This document shows, one piece after another, positions 24,542 to 36,390 of a stretch of 64,000 nucleotides of DNA. The notes beneath the pieces were generated by a model. The model did not search any database and had not been told where the DNA came from. It was given only the letters and a program-made list of their open reading frames with translations. The stretch lies in NCBI GenBank assembly GCA_964106915.2, contig OZ066918.1. One strand, given 5' to 3'. The DNA is from Podarcis gaigeae (lineage: Eukaryota). The stretch's first letter is position 1, and the number at the start of each line of letters is the position of its first letter. The position numbers and the translations under genes were made by a program.

Positions 24542-27500
24542 CCTAACTTGGGAGAGCCTGATGCTACACTAGGTATAAAATCAGGGCCAGCTCTCTACCC
24601 AGACTTTGATACTGTTTTGATTGTTTCATTTGTCCTCATTTTATTCTTGGAAAATCAATGCCTCTAGCAACTTTTAAGGAGGGTTCTCTTTATGTGGCAT
24701 CTGTACAGCTGACCAGAAGCAAGCTTGCTGCACTTTTGAAGGAAGACTTCAGATCCCATTTGCAATGAAGAGTCTGAATACTTCATATTGACACAGAGAT
24801 GAACCACAGCAGATGTTTCAGTAGTAGTTGCACATAAGAAGGTACAGCCCCTGCTAGCCTTAACAGTAATATCAAGAATGAAAGGGAGGCACACAAAACC
24901 CATTTGAATGCAGTACCCAGCACTTCCCTGTGAAGATATGTGGGAAAGCAAACAGCAGCAGAGGCCGTGGTGTTTGTGCATAGCCATTGTGGTTGCATTT
25001 TATTGTCATACTTGATCTTAATTATTTTACAAAATATACAGAGTTGAAAATGCAAAGCTGATAGCAGAGCTCAATGTGCCCCACTAGTGCAGTGGGAATG
25101 GGCCATCTGGCCCTGATTTAGTGATTGTAGTGAGAGCACAGGTAGAAATATGCAGCTGGCGTATAGGTGAGGAGTGGAGCAGTAGCCCCACCCACATAGG
25201 GATTGCCATCAGGTTAGGAGTATCAACAGACAGGATGAAGATGTTTCAAACAAAAGAACAATCTGCAAAGAGATGAGTGATGGGTCAGGATATGGGCTTT
25301 GCAAAATCAGAGAATGATTCTAAATAGAACCAATGTAACGCTGAATGAAAAGGTCATGTCCTCCTACTTTATGTTCATTCTTTTAGAATAACCTGGTTTC
25401 TGTAATGCTCTCTTAATTAGATTGAAATCGCCACTTTACCCATAAACATGCATTAAAAGAGTGATGGTGGGTAAATTCACCATCTTCTCACTCTGACCAC
25501 CCTTACTACAAATGTGACAGTTTAGTTAAAGGGTGTCAGAAGGACAAATTCTCTGTATTAGAAGGGATGTTGAGTATGCAGCCTAAGACATACTTCTCAA
25601 CTGCAAAATCCCCTGGAATAGTGAAGTACTTTGTCAGAAAGGGAATAAAAGCCCATTTAAAAGGTGAGTATATCTGGGCTGGGCTGGTGGAAGATCACTG
25701 TGTATGGGGAGGTAATCTATGTGGTGTTTCTTTACTCTCAACTCCCCACCATAGTTTCTAATGGACCTATGGCTGTATCTGATAACAGACACAGTGAAAA
25801 GTGGGAAAGGCTATCAACATTTCATGGGAGTGGGCCACAGCTGCATTTTGAAGACTAATCTTGAATGCAGCTATCTCTGGAAGCAAGGAATTCTGCCTAA
25901 ACCTGGAAAAGACAGACCGTATCAGGCTGGATGGGCCATTGGCCTAACACGGTATAAAGCACCTCCTTTTATAATTTACTTGGGCTCACCAACACCCATC
26001 TTTATTTGGTAGCTGACAATGTGAGGAAATATGCTCTTGGCCCTTGAAAATGCAGCCCCAGAAGCCAGCCTGTATCTGAGAGCAGGATAGTCTTGAGTCT
26101 GGACTATTTGTGATTCCCTGTTCTGATTACAGCACTTTCCACCCTGACTTGCTTGTAACCAGGAAGGCCTTTGAATTGTCACCTCTGTTCTTGAAGAACA
26201 ACTCTGGGTTCTTAGTAAAGTGAGACAATCACTTCTGCTAGAGTGTTCCAGCATAAAGACCCATCAGGAAAAGCACAAGGCTACTTTAGACACACTTGAA
26301 AGTGGCGGTATTATAAGGGTAGTGTTAACTTTGCATACCAGCCAGGTACTTGTTCATCTTTGATGAGGGTAGTTCCCTCAGCAGTGGCCAGTTGTCAGCC
26401 ATGTGGCTTGCATCCCATCCACAGCTAACAGAGCCAGTTTAAATATTATGGCTGCTTCATGCAGTGACCATAAAGAGTGGATTTCCCCAGATGTGTGTGA
26501 AGTTTCTACATCACCACAAGATATTCCTAGCAATGGTAGCATGGGAATTTTCTGTACAAGGGAAAGTGATCTACCATACACATTATGGCCATATCAATGA
26601 TTTCAGGATGGCAATTAGAACATGCTCTGATGTCAGACATACACATACCACAGTAGGCAACTTTTATACTGGAAGCTGCCCTGTGAGCAATTGCAGGGTA
26701 GCAGAACACTACTATACTATTCTGACTGGTTATGAATAGCCACGGAGGGTAGTTTGGGTGTGACTCTTCTCTTCCCCTCCTCCCCTCTCCAGCTTCTATA
26801 GGCCTTAAGGGGTAATAAACACTAGTGTAAACCCTTAAGTTTGAGATAAGCCAGATAGGATGGTATTGGTGAGGAATGAGGATGGGAGAGATGCAGGAGA
26901 AAGGAAACTGTTGTGTTGTGCACAGAAACAGGCTTTCTTGGATGGAAGATGGGAGTGCAAGATGGTAGGAGGATGTTTGTGATTAGAAATTGTTTCATTG
27001 AAGAGAATGCATGTGTGGAAGGGACAGGCTTGGGGAGGGTTATACAGGGATGGGATTGTTAAAATCATTTTGAGGCATGGGGAGGAGAAACTAAGCCAAG
27101 GTAAAGAAATTTTAAAAACATAGTGTGGTTATGGGTCCAGGCATTGTACAAATTTAAATAAAAATAACCACCATGTAGATGCCAAACTGTTCCCAATCTC
27201 CAAGATTTGATCCCAGCTGTGACCCTTAGCAGAAAACACATCTGAACTACACAAAGAGGGACCCTTAAGCGCTGTAATGATGGGTTGGCAAGAACTGAAA
27301 TGGCAGCCTCAGGAAGGAGAAGAGCCAAAGCTGGGCTCCAGTGCACATGGAAGTCTGTTTGCATAGCTAAAAATCCTGAGCTGGCCAGTTCCAATTCCTA
27401 TCCTTCACACACTCTTGAATGATACATTCCACTTTCAGACCACAGAACAAAGAAACTCATTTCTGTGGGTCTTTGAATCTTGCTCTAGACTGCCAAGTGC

Positions 27501-29686
27501 CTAAGTGCTTACTCAAGATTGCAACTGTAGTCTGAGATGGGAGCTAAAGTATAGGGTTGGTTGTCAGGATGCAGGAACAATAACTGAGATGAGCCTGAGA
27601 GGAGTTAAGTGCTGGGATAAAACTAGGGCTGTGGGTAAGATATTAAGAACATTGGTAGAACTAGCTTGTGTACTGCAGGGGATGCTAGGCAGGGACAGGA
27701 TAGAGGGTGTTCATCTCTGCCATCTAGATACTGTCTGCTGTTGAGTACCTCAGCCTCTGGCTCACTAACTCTTCCCTCACTTTTCTGCCTTCGTTGGGAT
27801 ACAGTACCTACCTGTTTGTATGACCAAAAACCCCCCAAACCTATTCAGTATCATCCTTGTCTCTTTCCTATACTTTGCCTTAATCTGAGTGGTCTTGTCA
27901 TACTAGAATCAGCTTCAAGATTCTAGTTCTTTTTAAGCCCTTAATATCTCTGTTACAGGCAGTTTCTCTTTCTCTTTCTTTGTCTTTGTTTACTTTCCAT
28001 GTTGGCCTCTGCAGTTTGCACAACTCCTCTTTCATCAGTTTTTGTCTCCTACATTGCCATGCCACACTTTCCTCCATGCATCAAACAACTTATTCCAATT
28101 TAAGCCCTTCCACAAGACCTACATTTTCAGCTCCTCTGGCTAGTCCACTCCCGCTGCTCATAATGAATTGCTGACCCATTACAGTATCCTTGTCCTGGCC
28201 AGCTAGTGTGATCTGTAAGCCCTCTACACAAGTACAGTGTTGCTGCTATGCTCTGTTCAGAACCTGGCACTCTGTTGGAGATTCATAAACACTCTGAAGA
28301 TGCCAGTTGCTCATACTGTTTCTGCTTCTGAATGACCCAAGGGCTTATTTGTAATAAAACATAAAAAGCGGGTAAGCATCACAGAGAGATGAGCAGCAGC
28401 TAAAGAGATAGTTGGCACAGGGAAGAAACAGCAAAGCTCTTCCACCCTCTAATGTGATTCCTAGGATTTTCTTTTATCTGCTCTCACACATGCCCCCTTC
28501 CACCTCTTCCATTCACCATGATCAATGTAAGTCAAGGAGCTATGTCATGTTTTTATCTTTCAGTGAACTTAGTTCAAGGACAAAGCATACCCTAGCTGAT
28601 GCCAGACTATCACCCGTAAACTTTAGCTGAACCCTGAGTTTCTTCTCATTGAAGGATGTCTGAGCTCTTGACACTTACTTTCTGTATGGCCCTCAGTTGT
28701 TGGAGCTGCGTAACAGATAGTATTATCATTATCTCAGGCCGCATAGAGACCCTGCCCAGTGAGACCAGAGATTCCATCCTCATTTAAACATTTCTAGTGA
28801 CATGTCCTCACCACTTCTACCCCTGTTTTCATGACAGATTATAGAGGGCGGGATGCAAGGAAAAGCTCTGATCAAGCTTAGTGTACTTTCTTGCCATGGG
28901 AATCCAAGCATAATTCACCCCTCCCTCCTGATCTGTAAATGAAAGCTAAAGGTTGTGTTGTACCTGCCTCTTGTGAGTGGCGCACAGTTTTCATTTCGTG
29001 TTGAGGATGCAAAGGAAAGAAACCACAAAGCAAAATCCCACTCACTCTCTATTTCTTTGCCTCAGCTCTCCCCCAGAGTTTAGTGCCAGGATTGCAAGTT
29101 ACCTTGACACTGGGAAATTTATCTCCCAACTGGAAGCCTCAGGGTATTGCAGTGAGAGCCTTGGTGCAAATTAGATGGAGTCCACTCCTGATAGGCAGTG
29201 GGTAAGATTGCACACACACAAAATCCTTTGAAAGTCTTTGGCAACCAGCTGTTGCACTGCCATTTGGTGGTGTGAAACCTGCTTGGAACCCCAGTGAAGG
29301 GTCAGGGGTTGCTGTGATTTGGAAGGCCCTAAAGGGTGGGCATACTACTTGGTGACAGGGCAGTGCAGCTTCCAAGGGGAGGCAGCAGGTTGATCCGGGT
29401 TTTTCTTTTCAATGCCCAGAGGAAGTGCTTGTGGATATCAGGCTGTTCCCCCTGCTGGGCCTTGGTCCAACCCAGCCAAAGGCTCCCTCCCACCCCCGTG
29501 GTTCCCATTGCTGGGACGTTCCCCCAGTTGCATCTCGAATACATGGTCTCCAGAAATGTCTCCCAGTCCAGAATGGACAAGGGGCTGCTTTGTCCATACA
29601 GCCAAGAGAAGAATGCCTCAGAGGGATACACCAAGAAGAGAAGCCCCAGGAGTGTGTGTGAAGGTCTGGGCTCCAGGAGTGGCCCG

Positions 29687-29734
29687 CTAGATCACATTGT
29701 CAAAGAGCTTCATGGAACTCATGATGTTTTCATC
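29687..29734 (-). CDS. KCNIP2: KCNIP2 last coding exon
   Basis: DENIMSSMKLFDNVI-stop(TAG), 48 nt. Confidence 0.97.
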   Translation of the reverse strand, partial: DENIMSSMKLFDNVI

Positions 29735-29944
29735 CTGCCAAAGAAAAGAGGACAAGTTAGAATAATTAAGAAGTCCTAGAACTAATTATCAGCTTTGACT
29801 CCCTCTGCCCCCAAACTATACCTTGGGTGTGAAGGACCTTTTCAACCCCCACCCCCTTTTTATGCATGGCAGAAAAATAGCAGTGGTCTGTACCCTCTGA
29901 CAGTAATGCAATATCCCCACCCTTCTCTAACGGGGGTATGCTAC

Positions 29945-30007
29945 CTTCTGGCAGGACTCAATGAATTCCTCAATAGTCACCACTCCATCCTTGTTACGAT
30001 CCATTTT
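29945..30007 (-). CDS. KCNIP2: KCNIP2 exon (EF-hand 4)
   Basis: [21 protein letters not shown], 63 nt. Confidence 0.97.
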
Positions 30008-30737
30008 CTGAAATGCAAGAACCAGGGATATGAGAATTAAAGGCAAGGTAACATCTGTTTCCTAGGAGGAGCTTCAGGCACACTACAATACCCACAGCCA
30101 GGAAGGACATCCTTGAGGCAGACCTGGTCAGGGAACCTGTCAGCTTCTAGGTAGCTTCAAAGGCATTTCTGGCAGAGAATGGCCCCCTACCTCACTAATG
30201 ACATCTTGCAAGCATCCAAGGAAACAGCAGTGGGCTGGTGCTGCAAACAGGTCCACTACTATGATCATAACAGTAAGAGATGGGAGATGCTGCCGCTACT
30301 GGAAAGAGGAAGGAAGAGTGCCCATTGGGAAAGCTTAAAGTTCTGACAAAACCCTGTGTTGAGTTTTCTACTCTGTGTTGACTCTGTACTCAAATGCACA
30401 CATTTGCATTCCAAATGTGTTGAACTACAACTCCCATTATCCCTGGCCATTGGTTACGCTGGGCAGGTATGGTGGGAGTTGGAATCCAAAACATCTGGAG
30501 GGTGCTAAGATGGAAAGGCTTTTCTAGGAAGAGGGCAAACCCAAATATCTTGACTAAACTAACCCACTCGCTCAACTACCAGGGATGGGAAGGTTTTGTA
30601 AAACTGCAGGATACTGACATGGGGTAGTAATTATGTTTTACTCAGAGGAGACCCATTGAAACGAATGGTCCTTAGTTATGTTCATTAATTTCACTGGGTC
30701 GTCTTCACCCATGGAAATGTCCTGACTCAAGGCTCAC

Positions 30738-30842
30738 CTGGAAAAAGCTTTCCACATGCTCCTGAGGTGCTTCTTCTCGCATGGCTGGGTAAGTGTATTT
30801 GCCCATCATGTCATAAATGGATTTCATTATGTCCAGCATTTC
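30738..30842 (-). CDS. KCNIP2: KCNIP2 exon
   Basis: [35 protein letters not shown], 105 nt. Confidence 0.97.
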
Positions 30843-30985
30843 CTGCAAGACAAGAGCACAAAAAGAATGGCCAGCAGAAATCAGAACTCGATTGTGGGCT
30901 GAAGGAGATTCCTAAGAAAGTGGACAACAAGCAGGAGAGCCCAGTATCTTCTGTTACCATTTACTCCATCTCCCTTCATATGTAC

Positions 30986-31093
30986 CTCTTTGGTGATACA
31001 GCCATCTTTGTTCAGGTCATAGAGGTTGAAGGCCCAGTTGAGCCGATCATCTATAGTACCACGTAGAATAATGGATAAGCCAGCCACAAAATC
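30986..31093 (-). CDS. KCNIP2: KCNIP2 exon (EF-hand 3)
   Basis: [36 protein letters not shown], 108 nt. Confidence 0.97.
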
Positions 31094-32538
31094 CTGCAGG
31101 GGAATGAAAAAGAAAAAGGGTGGGGTGGGGTGAAGAAACAATAAAGTCTAGCTCAAGTGCCATGAAGGCTTGAGATTTAAGCAAAGCAAATTCTGGGATG
31201 TGGAGAGGACCCAATGGCAACAAACTGCAAAGAGCAATTCACAGAGTAAAAAACCCCACCCGGGGAAAGAATTCCTGAGTATCTGATTGTTTAATACCCT
31301 AGAGCAAGGGTGGGGAGCCTGTGACCCTCCAAATGCTGCTGGACTACAACTCCTATCATCCCATCCCATTGGCCAAGCTGGCTGGGGCTGATCAGATCTG
31401 GAATCCCAACAACATCGGAAGGGTTCCTCACCCCTGACTTAAGAGCTTTCCTGCTGACCTTTCTGCTTCAACCTTCATGATTATTTTTTGACAACAGAAT
31501 TTGAAATTAGAACATCAAGAGAAAATGGTGAAGTATTCTCAGGCAATCTGTCAGCGTAACATTCATTCATTCATTTAAATTTGTTTCCATTAGGGCAGCC
31601 TTTCCATTGGCTTTATTTAAGTGTGTAGACTGAGGAAGTTTCAGATATCTAGTACATAATTATTTTATATTTTTTAACTTATTGCTACCCACCCTAAGCT
31701 TCCGGGGTTAGAGTCTTGAAGTAAAAAGATCTACAGTATGAACTTGAGAGGAGAGAAATATAAATACACACAAATGAAAGTTCACAAAACTTTTGGGAAA
31801 ATCAATAGGCAAGAGAGAGAAAGCTGTTGTGGTTGTTCACTGGAGACAGTGGGAAAGATGCCTTCCTCAGGTAGGATGTCTGTATTTTTTTATGTCATTT
31901 GCCCTCACTTTACTTAGCAAAGAGCTCAGAAAGGCAGGTCCATGCACTTCTACCAGGTGGCCTCACTGACCTGAGTTGCAGGGTTCAGGTGCACAGACTG
32001 AAAGTGCAGGAATAATTGTGAGATTTTAGGATGAGTGGAGCTGTAGGGCATGGTGTTGCCTGAACATGCTGGAAATCGACCAGGGTTGTTTTGCATGCAA
32101 AGCAGATGCTCTACTGCTGAATTACCACCCTGTGTTTAAGAACTCAACTGGTACTCATAGGTGACAAGGAATGTCTTAAAAAATTAAATTTATATCCTGC
32201 CCTTCTTCCCAAAGGGCAGCATACACATCAGTGATAAAAGTACACAATTAAAACACCTGAAAAACTGCACACAGGTGAGCAGGGGTGGAGGGACTGTGTT
32301 TTCCATCTCTCCCCTGCACTCAGCATAGAAACCAAGTAGGCTGTAAGAAGAGGGAAATGCCCTTCTCTGCTTAGAAATGCTGTGGGCTGCTGGAGAAACA
32401 ATATTGTAAGCCTACTTTTTGTGGGCTTGTTTGCAATGCCAGAAGCATTGTTTTTATTCTGTGAAACACCCAGTCAAGGTTTGTTATAAAAGTTGCTCTA
32501 TAAATAACATAACTAAATAACTGCATGTAGAATCTTAC

Positions 32539-32609
32539 CTCAAAACTGACTGAGCCATCATGGTCGGTGTCAAATGCGTTGAAAAGGAAAGTTGCATATG
32601 TACTGGAAT
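32539..32609 (-). CDS. KCNIP2: KCNIP2 exon (EF-hand 2)
   Basis: (D)[23 protein letters not shown], 71 nt. Confidence 0.97.
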
Positions 32610-33164
32610 CTGAAAAGAAGTGCATCACAGTAAATGATTAGGAGGCCTTTTACCAGATGTCAACAAACCAACCGAATCGCAGGCAGAGAACAACCAGAGA
32701 GAGTGACTATAGCTGCAGCTTTTGGAAATAATTTATCAAGTGCCAGGAAATTATTGTTGCTTCCCCTTAGACATAGATATCTTATTTATTTATGGCAATA
32801 TTTACTGTCTGCCGTTCTCTAATAAAGTATACTCAAGGCAGCTTACAAATAAAAACATATTATCATGATAAAGAACAGTCCTGGCACTTAACAAGAAAAG
32901 CCTGCTCAAGTAAAATGGTCTTAAAAGCCTGTTTAAAATTGAGCAAAGAGGAAGCCATATTTAACTACAAAGATGTGTCATGGACCGTTCTCTTGGGCAA
33001 GGAGCTGTGCACAGCAGGCAGGGAAGCAATGGGCAGCTGAAGATGACTGTGCCAAGGCCCTCAAGAATATATCCCAAATTATTTCTAGCAGCCGCCAAGC
33101 CACTCACTGTCCTTATCTGGCCTCCCAGTTCTTCCAAAAGATCTCAGCTGGGAGTGGCACTCAC

Positions 33165-33234
33165 CTCCCTGTGGGAAGAATTGTGAGTAGATCTGCTTGA
33201 AGCTCTCTTCATTAACAATGCCACTAGGGCACTC
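33165..33234 (-). CDS. KCNIP2: KCNIP2 exon (EF-hand 1)
   Basis: [23 protein letters not shown], 70 nt. Confidence 0.97.
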
Positions 33235-33435
33235 CTGTCAAATGGAAAAGTGCAGACAAAGTTCACCTTGGAAGAGCTAGTCTAAACAATACCCCAGAGT
33301 AGGGCCAGTGTGGTGAGGTGTGTCATCAAAGAGGACTTTGAGGAGCTGACTCTCATAACCAATGACTGAAAGCAGATCACCTCCTAGGGGAAAACTTGAG
33401 CAGTGTCTCTCAGGCTGTGGGTGATCCCACTGTAC

Positions 33436-33476
<41 letters not shown>

Positions 33477-33864
33477 GTAAGCACTTAAGTACGGTAAAAC
33501 AAATGCTTCTGAAAGCAGAAAGCAGCATTATCTTATTATCTACTGGTGGTTACACTTGAGATAATATAGGAAGAAATTCCAATCAGAGTGCAGAATATAG
33601 CCAGTAAGATATAACAAGAGGGGGCTATTGTGTGGGGTGCCTCCCCAGGCTCAGAGGAAGTCATAGCATGTAGCTGGATTCTTCTGGCATCCAAACATCA
33701 CAAAGAAAATCCCTCTGTGCTTTGGAGGCATCCATTACTGGCCTAGGAGGGATGAGTGGTTCAAAAGCAGAAAGAAGCATGCCACCCCATGTCGAAGTGC
33801 TGGTGCAATTTCATTTATATGAGAATTAGGGGTGTGTGCTGCAGTATAGACACTCAAGGGGGAA

Positions 33865-33865
<1 letters not shown>

Positions 33866-33933
<68 letters not shown>
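33866..33933 (+). repeat. Compound (TG)n(AG)n microsatellite
   Basis: Seen directly; other dinucleotide tracts at about 24228, 33438, 47858, 56760, 57058, 58882 and (GAT)n at about 15636. Confidence 0.95.
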
Positions 33934-33936
<3 letters not shown>

Positions 33937-34282
33937 TTACTGGAGCCATACAAGAAGTCTGACGCTCCATCTTTGTTCCTGAGTAATGGGAAGCACTTTG
34001 GCTGGGCAGTGTGTTGGAAGTGCCTGCCTATAGTCACAAAGGAGGATTTCATTATAGTTATAGTTTTTGTGACTGTGAGTAAGTTACAAATTGCAAATTT
34101 GATGCGTAGTGAGCGGATATTTTAAAATATGCTCTCTTCAACAATATGGAAAAGGACAGTCTCTTTCTTTCTATCCAAAAGTTTTGTACTTGTTTTTTTA
34201 AAGCCTGGTATAGGGAAAAGAAATGGCCCCCAAGCAAGCTTGTAAGTGCACCAGCAGGAAGGGGAGTTTCTTTTCAACTCAC

Positions 34283-34407
34283 ATTCTTGAAGCCTCGGTA
34301 CAAGACCTGCAGCTCCTTGCGGGTGAACTTGGTTTGCTCCTGCAGCTGATCCAGGCCCTCGGGCCGATGACAAACAGTGGAGAGCTCAAACTCATCCTCT
34401 ACACTGT
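34283..34407 (-). CDS. KCNIP2: KCNIP2 first core exon
   Basis: [41 protein letters not shown], 125 nt. Confidence 0.97.
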
Positions 34408-35630
34408 CTGCAAGAAAAGAAAGAGCTTCAAAAGTATAGCATGGACAGAACCAAAGCATCCCACCTGCATTCCTTGAATTAATTTTTTTCAATGTGAGTT
34501 GTTGAATTTCCTTTCCCACCCTGCATTGGCACAAATAGACCCATCTCATGTGCATGTACTCTGTGGAACTACCTTTAGATGCAAGATCTCACACCTGGAT
34601 TACAGCCAGAATTCAAGTGCTGCAGTATCATCCTGGCCTAGAGGAGGTTTAGAGAGCTTTGGTCAATTCAGGATAGAGCCCTGTTTGTGAAATGAATTAA
34701 TACCCCCTCCCAATACTACATCAAGGGAAACAATAAGTATTAAATTCAGACCAATTTGGATAGAAACCAGAGATAAGAGTTGATTTACACCATCTTCCAT
34801 GGACACAGGCTGTGAACAGTGTTATGCACTCCTCACTTCAATGCACATTGAGAAGACCAGGGTCAGTACTACCAGGTTTACTTTCCTTTGGAAGAAAGAA
34901 ATGCTTGTGGCATTTTTGTATTTTCTGTTGACTTACTGATATACAAGCAGAGATAATGGAAGTAGAAAGATTCTTATGAAAAGCAGCAGAACTACTAACA
35001 CTGCTTTGGATTCAAAAATATGTTAGTTGCTAGGTAGGCAAATTCATAATGTCAGGCCCATTCACCATAATCAAGGAAACCAAACTCTTAACAGCATCAA
35101 ATAAGTGACAGAGGCATTGACTAAGGCAGAAGCAGGTTTTAATTGGAACCACACACAAACTCAACCCAAACACACTATTATAAGTAATCAATCAATGAGA
35201 TGCATCGGCTGTTGTCATGATGGCTGCATATATTGCCTCCACATACAACCTGCCCTCTCCAGTGTTCTAGGGCAAAATCCCCACGTTGCTGTCCTTTGTC
35301 TTCCTATTCATTTTGAGCTCTGTCAACTGGAGTAGAAAGCTGGAGAAGACAGCTATTCCAGACACAAGTTCATCCACAAAGCAGCCATATACAATTAGCG
35401 GCTTGAGGCAGAGAGCCTACATTTTGTCTCCTCTATTCCCTTTTGTCCCTGCCTACATCACTCTCACAGTCCTTTTATAATACACTGCTTTGGATTGGTG
35501 TTTGAGAAAAGTGGCCTACAAGTATTTTATATAAATTCTATACAGAAGGAATCCCACTTCCCCTGCTCCTGGGAGTTAATGATGTCACAGAACAGAGAAG
35601 ACACACAGAGAGGGATAAAGTGTCACTTGC

Positions 35631-35729
35631 TTTCGCTGATTGAGGGGATGGATTTGGGCTGACGGCAGCAGGGCAGCAGCTTGAGGAACCGCTGCTTCAG
35701 GGCTTTTTTAGCGTGGCCAGGTGGGTTGC
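35631..35729 (-). CDS. KCNIP2: KCNIP2 exon 2 (palmitoylation exon), GC donor
   Basis: (G)[32 protein letters not shown](N), 99 nt; the frame requires donor A|gcaagt. Confidence 0.9.
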
Positions 35730-36244
35730 CTGCAAAGAAATGACAGTTGCCAACCAGGAGAAGCATTAACATATGATGGCACCCTTCGTTCCACCCACAC
35801 CCGATCCCTAAGCACCAGCCACAACAGACATGGTATGGATCGGAAAGACAGTCATGCATGGCTTCAATGCAACAGGGAAATGGATCCAGCACTGTCACAG
35901 TACACCCAACAATGACACAACTCTTCTAAAGCACATGCATGCTCCCACTGAACATCAGTTGGGCATGAAGAAGGGATGGGGAACCTGTGGCCCTTTAGAT
36001 GTTGTTGGACTCTCATCAACCACTGGCCATGCTGACTACGACTTATAGAAGTTGGGAGTCCAACAACATCTGGAGGTCCACAGGTTTTCTGTGCCTGACC
36101 CAAAGGAAGTTGAAACACCGGGAGGGCCAAAGAAACTGCATCCAGGTGTTTAAGTGTGCACTCTTTGCCTCAAGAAATCAGCTGCTCCAATGGATGAGTG
36201 ACATGGCATTTTCCAGCATGATACCCTGGATGGCTGTATCATGA

Positions 36245-36390
36245 TGGGGAGCTCAGTCAGTATCACAGGAGACTCTTAATCTTAGGATCATGGTTTTGAG
36301 CCACATGTTGGGCAAAAGATTCCTGCATTACAGGGGAGTTGACTAGATGACTCTCCTGGTCCCTTTGAACTCTACAATTCTATTATTCTA
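36245..36390 (+). mobile_element. tRNA(Lys)-derived SINE with CR1-type tail, degenerate
   Basis: agctcagtc...gagactcttaatct...gttgggc head followed by a gactagatga...ttctattattcta tail. Confidence 0.7.

Noticed and set aside
23000-29686. KCNIP2 poly(A) site
   Set aside because: Several minus-strand AATAAA candidates (for example about 26001, 24998 and 24640) and nothing in the sequence to choose among them.
29329-29779. Cluster of ORFs next to the KCNIP2 stop codon
   Set aside because: They lie in or antisense to the GC-rich 3' UTR, with no homology or splice support.
36245-36320. tRNA-Lys gene
   Set aside because: Cloverleaf and B box are degenerate and the sequence runs into a CR1-type tail, so it is a SINE head.
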